Of a DNA stretch of 64,000 nucleotides, positions 55,388 to 64,000 are shown piece after piece. Origin of the DNA: Octopus sinensis. Its lineage: Eukaryota. The stretch covers positions 97,216,001 through 97,280,000 of the forward strand of contig NC_043000.1 in the NCBI RefSeq assembly GCF_006345805.1, given 5' to 3'. The translations under genes and the position numbers were made by a program. Under the pieces are notes generated by a model. That model was not told the origin of the DNA. It was given only the letters and a program-made list of their open reading frames with translations, and did not search any database. Positions within the stretch are counted from its first letter, which is position 1; each line of letters opens with the position of its first letter.

Positions 55388-55620
55388 GAAGGCGTATAGC
55401 GTATGGCGTATGGCCTAGTGGTTACACTCACGATAAAAAAAAAGCGTACTTTCGATTCCGGGACCAGGTGATGCGTTGTTTTCTTGAGCAAAACAATTCC
55501 TTTCACGTTGTTCCAGTTCCTTTTGTCGTAAAGGAGTAACCCTGCAACAGACTGATATCCAATTCAGGGCTGATACTGTGATCTCAGTCACTTATGCGCC
55601 ATAGAAACCGAGTAACAGGC
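55388..55620 (+). mobile_element. SINE family B, diverged
   Basis: tggcctagtggtt, ttcgattcc, ttcttgagcaaaacaattcctttcacgttgttccag. Confidence 0.55.
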
Positions 55621-56182
55621 CTAATGAGTTTTAGTACCAGAATCCTATGTCATTTAATAAAAAAAAAGTTATGCCCATTTGGGGATTACATCCGATAGGC
55701 CCCTCGTAAATCTACATTTATTATCACTATTTTAATGTAATTTACTTACTAACTTTTACTATAACCACAAAAGTTCTCAAAAACGGCTCATCTTTATTTT
55801 ACTGTAAGAAAGCGAATGGTAACGTTTCAAGTGGAACTCTTCGTCGGGGAGATGAAATATTTACTGGAGGTGCTGAATAAATAAATAGAAAGTTATGTGG
55901 GGGAGAGAGAGGCAGACATATTGACAGACCGAGACAGAGAGAGAGAGAGAGAAATATATTTGAACTTGGCCTTCAGGGACAAAAACATAAGTAAAGTTCA
56001 ACAATTTCCCCTAGAATGAATATATGCTAACAACAAAAATATATATCTCACTAAAAAATGTTATAAATCTCATAAAAGCAGAAAAAAACTAACATCTAGT
56101 GAAAGCAAATAATTTTTTTTTAAATTCGCAGTTCTTTATAGTCACGTCTGACTCAACCAATACTAATACTACTACTTATAAA

Positions 56183-56269
<87 letters not shown>

Positions 56270-56654
56270 TTTTATTTGCCACAAGGACGGCAGTATTGAC
56301 AATCTTCAAAGAGATTTTTTGTTACTGTAGAGATATCCAGTCAAGCGTTAAATGACGTAAAAATTGAGTGAAGTGGAAACAAAATATACCCATTAATTAT
56401 CTTGTGATTTATACATAATCTATTATCACCAAAGTATCTGCTTGATAGTTATCTACCTATCGATCGATATATTGATCTATATCGATAATTATATCAGTGT
56501 TTTAACGTATGTGTGTGCATAGAATCAGACACAAAAAATAGATACGCATGCAAATAGATGTGTGTATTGCGTATGTATGAACCACTGATGTGTATGTGTG
56601 TGTGCGTGTGTTCTGTATGTGTGTATATGTGTATGTAAACGCAACTTTGCCTTG

Positions 56655-56760
56655 TCGTTGGATGTTGACCTAATGATCGTAAGGTCGTGGGTTCGATTCC
56701 TGGATCGCACGGCGCGTCGTGTTAATGCGTTTCATTTTACGTTGCTCCATCTGAAAATAA
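56655..56760 (+). mobile_element. SINE family B fragment
   Basis: gatcgtaaggtcgtgggttcgattcctgga...tttcattttacgttgctcca. Confidence 0.6.
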
Positions 56761-57181
56761 GCACCAACCAGCTGGTGATGGGGTTCCTCTGGGTGCTCCA
56801 CTGGGTCTTCGGAGAGAGGGCCAATCGAGTGTCCAGAGAGTGCTATGTCCGCTGGCGACTAAATACGCACCTAACTTTAATGACACTTTAGAAACTATTA
56901 GGAAGTAATATAATGTACTATTGACTATGTATATTTGCATCTAGGTATTAATTTGTGTATGTTTATTATCACAATATTAAGTCGAAAAACTGAGACATTG
57001 AGTGTGGAACACATATATATGCTTACTAATCTATATTATTTATTTATGTCATTATGTAAATGTATATTTTTATATGTATAGGAGTGTGAGTATATGCACT
57101 CATATGTATATATATATGTTGTATTGTGGGTATGCACCCACACCCATGTGGGTATATATGTAGACTGAGTTATATTACATA

Positions 57182-57308
57182 ATCTCCGAAGAGGCCTTGG
57201 GATATTTTTGTTAATGTCTCATTTATATCTATATATTGACCAACCATAAAGGGCTAATATTGGTAAAATGAGACATAACTATCGACATGGCCGAAACAGC
57301 TGTAAGAT
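57182..57308 (+). ncRNA. Hammerhead-like motif with extended helix II
   Basis: AUCU-CCGAAGA-GGCC-[92 nt with an 11-14 bp internal stem]-GGCC-GAAA-CAGCUG-UA-AGAU. Confidence 0.45.
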
Positions 57309-58564
57309 CTAATTAATACTTATATTTATATTTACTTGTATTTGTATTCTCTTTTTTATATATATTCTACTTATTATACAACGTTACTCTTTTATGTACA
57401 CATTTTTATGTACATTCCTTTATGTACAATGATTTGTTCTGCTTTTTATATTTAACCCTACAGTCTCTTATGTGGAGGTTTAATAAAGTATGTGATTGAG
57501 TATTATCGGGTAATTGATATTTGATTTAGATGTTATTTCTCCATTTTCTTATCTTGTATATATATACATATATATGGCGCGCTGTTTGTGTATGTGTGTG
57601 TGTTTGTGAACGTGAGAATGAGAGGAATGTATATCTACATATATATTTTAACGATGTTTAGAACAGTTAATTTCCCGCTGCATCAAATCTCTTGAAGTGA
57701 GGCGTTTCTGTCCATTCGTTACCATCGCCGATTGCAGTGATAGGGTTCTCTCCTATTTGCTTCAGTGTTTAACTATGTTTCTCCCTTCATCTTATACATT
57801 GATAAACTTCAGCACAATCCCCTCTTTATTAATCGAGCATAATTAATGTTCTCATACAAAAACCTAAGGGCATAAATTTTGGTGGGTGAGAATTGTCAAT
57901 TATATCAGCTCTAGTACTAGGCGGATGCTATTTTATTGACCTCGAAATGATGAAACTCGAAATGTAAAGAACAATAATAAACACTGCAAAGTATTTTGTC
58001 TGACGCTTACCCCCATCATTCCTCACAGCTTAAGCATTGAGTTGCCTAGATACATTTTGCCAAGTTGCGCCAATTCTTTGGACCTTGAATATAGTCTCCA
58101 ACTGGAGTCCACCAACCCACTCTCCTTTAAGAATACATACATATATTAGAAAACATAGTAGAAAAAACTCCTGCAGCACTATACCCTCTATAATCCTGAA
58201 CAACACATCTAAATCATCTAAAACCTTAAACTCACTACAAATTTAAAACTACTTCGATCAAGTCTAGTAACAGTGATGATTAATTCATGACACCCATGTC
58301 AGCGGTGATACACCACCACAGGTCTCATTGTGACTCACGATACCCTTTGGAAATGTGTATCTGCAATATCATAGCATAAAAAGTAGATGGACAATTATTT
58401 ACAACTAATATACATGTTGACATTAAGTGATACTCCAGTGACAGAGGTTTGCCATCATTGTCTTATTGTTACATATGGAATAAAAAATGAGGCAATGCCC
58501 AACAATAGAGAAAGCTTGTGGTCCCTCAGTCCAGAAGTTCTTTTCTGTTTGTATTTTGGACAGG

Positions 58565-58690
58565 TCCACCTTCCTTTCTGTTGAAGAGCGTAGGCTCGAA
58601 ACGTAAAATACTTTCTCCCCTTCCAACGCTTGTTTGTTGTTTACATACCTGTCTTCGTCTTTTGTAATTTTATAACTTCCAAGTATATAT
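58565..58690 (+). mobile_element. Penelope-type terminal repeat (GAGCGTAGGCTCGAAACGT family), second copy
   Basis: Homologous to 41990-42165. Confidence 0.55.
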
Positions 58691-58729
58691 ATGCATACAA
58701 ACACGCGCGCACGCTCACACAGGTAAATG

Positions 58730-58941
<212 letters not shown>

Positions 58942-61900
58942 TTTAAGAGATGCCAGCTTTAAAAAAAACGGAAGAGACCCACATTTCAAGGCAAAGTACT
59001 CAACTATAATTTGCAGAGTGGAGATATTGTTTATTCAAATAATAACAAAACAAGTTATGTTTCTTTCGAGTTTGGAAATCATCAGGGTGCATAAAAGAGG
59101 CTGATATTGGTGCGTATGATGCAAGTTCTGTGAGATTTTCAGTAGGCTGGGTGGTAGATTTTGTTTGGGTTTTTGCATAAATTGGACTAATTTCGCATGT
59201 TATATCTAGGTAATTGTTTTAAGTGTTTGTACTCGTAGCAAAAATATACGGAATGTGTTTTGTTTTTTATTCCTGTTATGCTTATTCGTATTGAGTGATT
59301 TTCAGAACGGTTCGTTGGAGATAAGGTATTGTTAGGACGCGTAAATTATTCTAGTCTTAGATTTTATAATATCGACTTGGTGTTCATAATTAATATGTTG
59401 TTTAGTGTTTGGAAACCTTTTCTATGATAATTGGCTGATAACATTAAACAACTGACGAGTATGGGACCTATTAATTTTCATTACAATAACCAGCTGATAA
59501 CAATATCCGTGATTATAATGACTGGTTTCCACTGCATTAGCCCAATGTCCTTCCTACGGACGGAAGAGATTAAATGTAAACAGAAAAATCTCGTTTCGTT
59601 CTTTAATTAAATATTCATTTGACTCAAGTGACATTAACGGAACGCAACAGCCTTTGATGAAAATAGCATAATGAGACATTTGTGCAAAATCAATAGGTTG
59701 AAAATAACGACAATCAATTATTATAAGTTTTTGTCTCTTTTTCTAATGTATACTCCAAAATATAGATCTGTTTTGATGTGAGTGGTAGGATGATATAAAG
59801 TTATAAAACAGCATGTGTTGTTACAATTACGATAACGGTATATATTTGATAATGGACTGCAATACATAGATATATATAACTTTTTGAAATGGCGAAATTA
59901 ATAAAAGTAGTATTTACATTAATGTTTGTGTAGGACAAATATAAATATATGTACGAGTTTTAAGAAGTTAGATGTGTAATTTATGTGTTTTAGGAAACAG
60001 CATGGTACATATTAAGTAGTATAAAAGTTTATTGATTGCCACACGTGGCGACAGTCGACACCGCTTTACTGAAATAGAAACACAGTTATCATATGTGTTG
60101 CAATCTAGTGAAACAGAAATTATGTACATACCCCCAATGAATCTCACTTTGGACATGAGAGTAGAGCAAACGTATCTCTATGATCCCAAAACCATACCAC
60201 CAGAATTTTTTTTTCAAGCAGGTCTAACCAAACCGGGGAGATCTGATGTGAAGGACTAGGTTAAATGAGAATCGTCATCTAAAGCTTTGGGGAGCAGCAC
60301 AAGGGACGCACAGTTTTGACGGAGCAATCAAATGTGAAAATCATAAAGATACTAAGCGATGGAATCATATCGATGACATTGAGCAGGACAACCTAGTTCC
60401 GAAAGTTGACCACTACCAACTTCTGAAGCACTAGCAATTTATTTCAACCACCGAAAGGTTCAAATTGAGCGTGCTTAAACCGATCCTGAAGATAAAATCC
60501 CAACAAAATTTCTACATACACAATATTCTCTGAAAGCGATATACTTTTATTCCACGATTATGCCATAATATTTAGTTCACTTGTTTTCCTATTCTGGATA
60601 TAGCAACATAATGTCGACCAGCAGAAAATCTATCACTGTTGTCTCTGTACCCTCCGGACTTTGAAAGCATTTGATTTTGTGCTTTGTGAACTGTAAAACT
60701 AAACGATAATTTGAGGAAAATTTGGCATTACTGCATTTGCAATGGTCGTGCATGATTACAACATTGCTTATGTATCCTTCAGAAAAATAACCTTTCCTTT
60801 CATGTGTGCCAGAAACAGTGACAGACTAAATAATTGTTCTGTTGAGTCTTACTAATATATTTTATCCTATTGCAAAGGCCATTAGCTGCATCGAAATTTC
60901 GAAGTGCAATAGATGCACTTTCTTTGAGACGTGTTAAGCCATCCTACTGAAAGAGACTGTGCTTAAAACCTCAGTTCAGTAAAGATGTATTTCATTACAA
61001 TAAAGATAATATCACTATATATATTTTTTCATTTGATCTGGAAAGGAATCTATCGTAACACCATTACTTTCATTAACACCGACTTTATTTGGAAGAATAA
61101 GTATGTAATTACACAATGATTTCATAGATTTACAGTTTTTCTGAAAGATTGCAAATATTTTATTAGTTTATCCTGGAAATATAAGTTTATCTGGAATTCT
61201 TATCTTCGATTGCACTTGTTAGCTTCCTTCACCAATTCCAAAGTTTTCTTCATTGTCGCCTGCTGCTGTCTGATTACGCATGTTTCTGGTGATTCGCATT
61301 CCATGATATGAATGTTTTCCCAAAATGGAGACCTCAAGAAGCATTCGTTAATTGATAGTCTCTGCAGCAACAAGTGGGAGGAATTGGCATCAATTCCCAG
61401 AAACATCATCGAAATTCTTCCAAATGGTCTATTATTTCCATGTCCAGAACATCACGGAATGTGCTGTCCATTGCTCAAAATAATTTCTTGTTAAATCGTC
61501 TTCATGTATAACGATTAAACTTGTTTAAAGTAGTCGGTTTGCACCCCATTTTGATTTATTGAGCGCCCAGCTATCATTAAATGCACTTTGAAGCACAAAT
61601 ATATTGTCCAGCCATTAGATAAACATTTCTGGTGTTACAAAAGTGATCTTTAATTCGTATTACATTCTGGTGAATGTTGTTGACAATATCAAACTTTCAC
61701 AACTTCCTTACACTGCATTGAGGTAGTTTAGTCGTCCATATTCTTCTACAACTGATGTGGTAACTAATTTGTAAATGGCTCGCTGTTGTATGTTCAGAAC
61801 AGGAATACTGTTAGGTTGCCCTAACACTCTATATGTTCTGGCAATTTCAACAGCACTTCCTTAAAAAATTTCTGTTAGTTGAGCTTTATACTTTATCACG

Positions 61901-62167
61901 ATGCATTTTGTATTCCCCGAAAATATGGAAGTGGTGGTTCCAGAAAGTTCCGGGATCATTTAGTCTGACATATTAAAGAATTTTCGCAGAAAGGAACCAG
62001 ACGATTGTGTGCTGGTCTTTGCACATACAGTCTGATTTGATAACAGTACCTTTAGGCACAGGATGCAAACACACTCAAACCCACACGCACGCATACGCAG
62101 AAATATGTGAATACTAATAGATAGATTAACAGATATATCTATATATATATATATATATAGAGAGAGG

Positions 62168-64000
<1,833 letters not shown>

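Noticed and set aside
52711-56720. tRNA genes at the ggttcgattcc boxes (52770, 56690)
   Set aside because: No cloverleaf; they continue into SINE bodies.
60032-60430. Two adjacent non-repetitive ORFs as an exon
   Set aside because: Different frames with stops between them that a single indel does not fix; weak splice signals; no recognisable family.
61200-61950. RecQ-like traces (FVTPE, LIVI) on the minus strand
   Set aside because: Many stops and no DEAH motif; similarity is at chance level by eye.

Overview
AT-rich, microsatellite-saturated animal genomic DNA. The SINE families and the (TA)n/(CA)n/(TACA)n/(GATA)n load resemble an Octopus-type cephalopod genome; this is inference from recall, not a search. 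No intact host gene, rRNA, tRNA or CRISPR array is supportable, and most ORFs in the track are translations of simple repeats. Recognisable content is transposon-derived: many tRNA-headed SINEs, a decayed mariner, two MITEs with TSDs, decayed R4/Dong-, RTE- and CR1-type LINE pieces, and the 3' part of a Tx1-like LINE. There is also a 3.1-copy ~800-bp tandem array and a ~1.85-kb tandem duplication. The most striking region is 36.6-42.2 kb. It holds a 3.67-kb palindrome of two head-to-head 5'-truncated Penelope-like elements (RT + GIY-YIG), each ending in a minimal type I hammerhead ribozyme fold with a compensatory U3-A8 core. Further non-canonical hammerhead-like motifs occur at 40.4, 42.0, 57.2 and 58.6 kb. 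A SINE subfamily shares its 3' tail with the Tx1-like LINE. The differences I checked between the palindrome arms are 1-nt indels, and indels also dominate between the tandem copies, so long-read consensus error or false duplication must be kept in mind. SINE and LINE boundaries are approximate.
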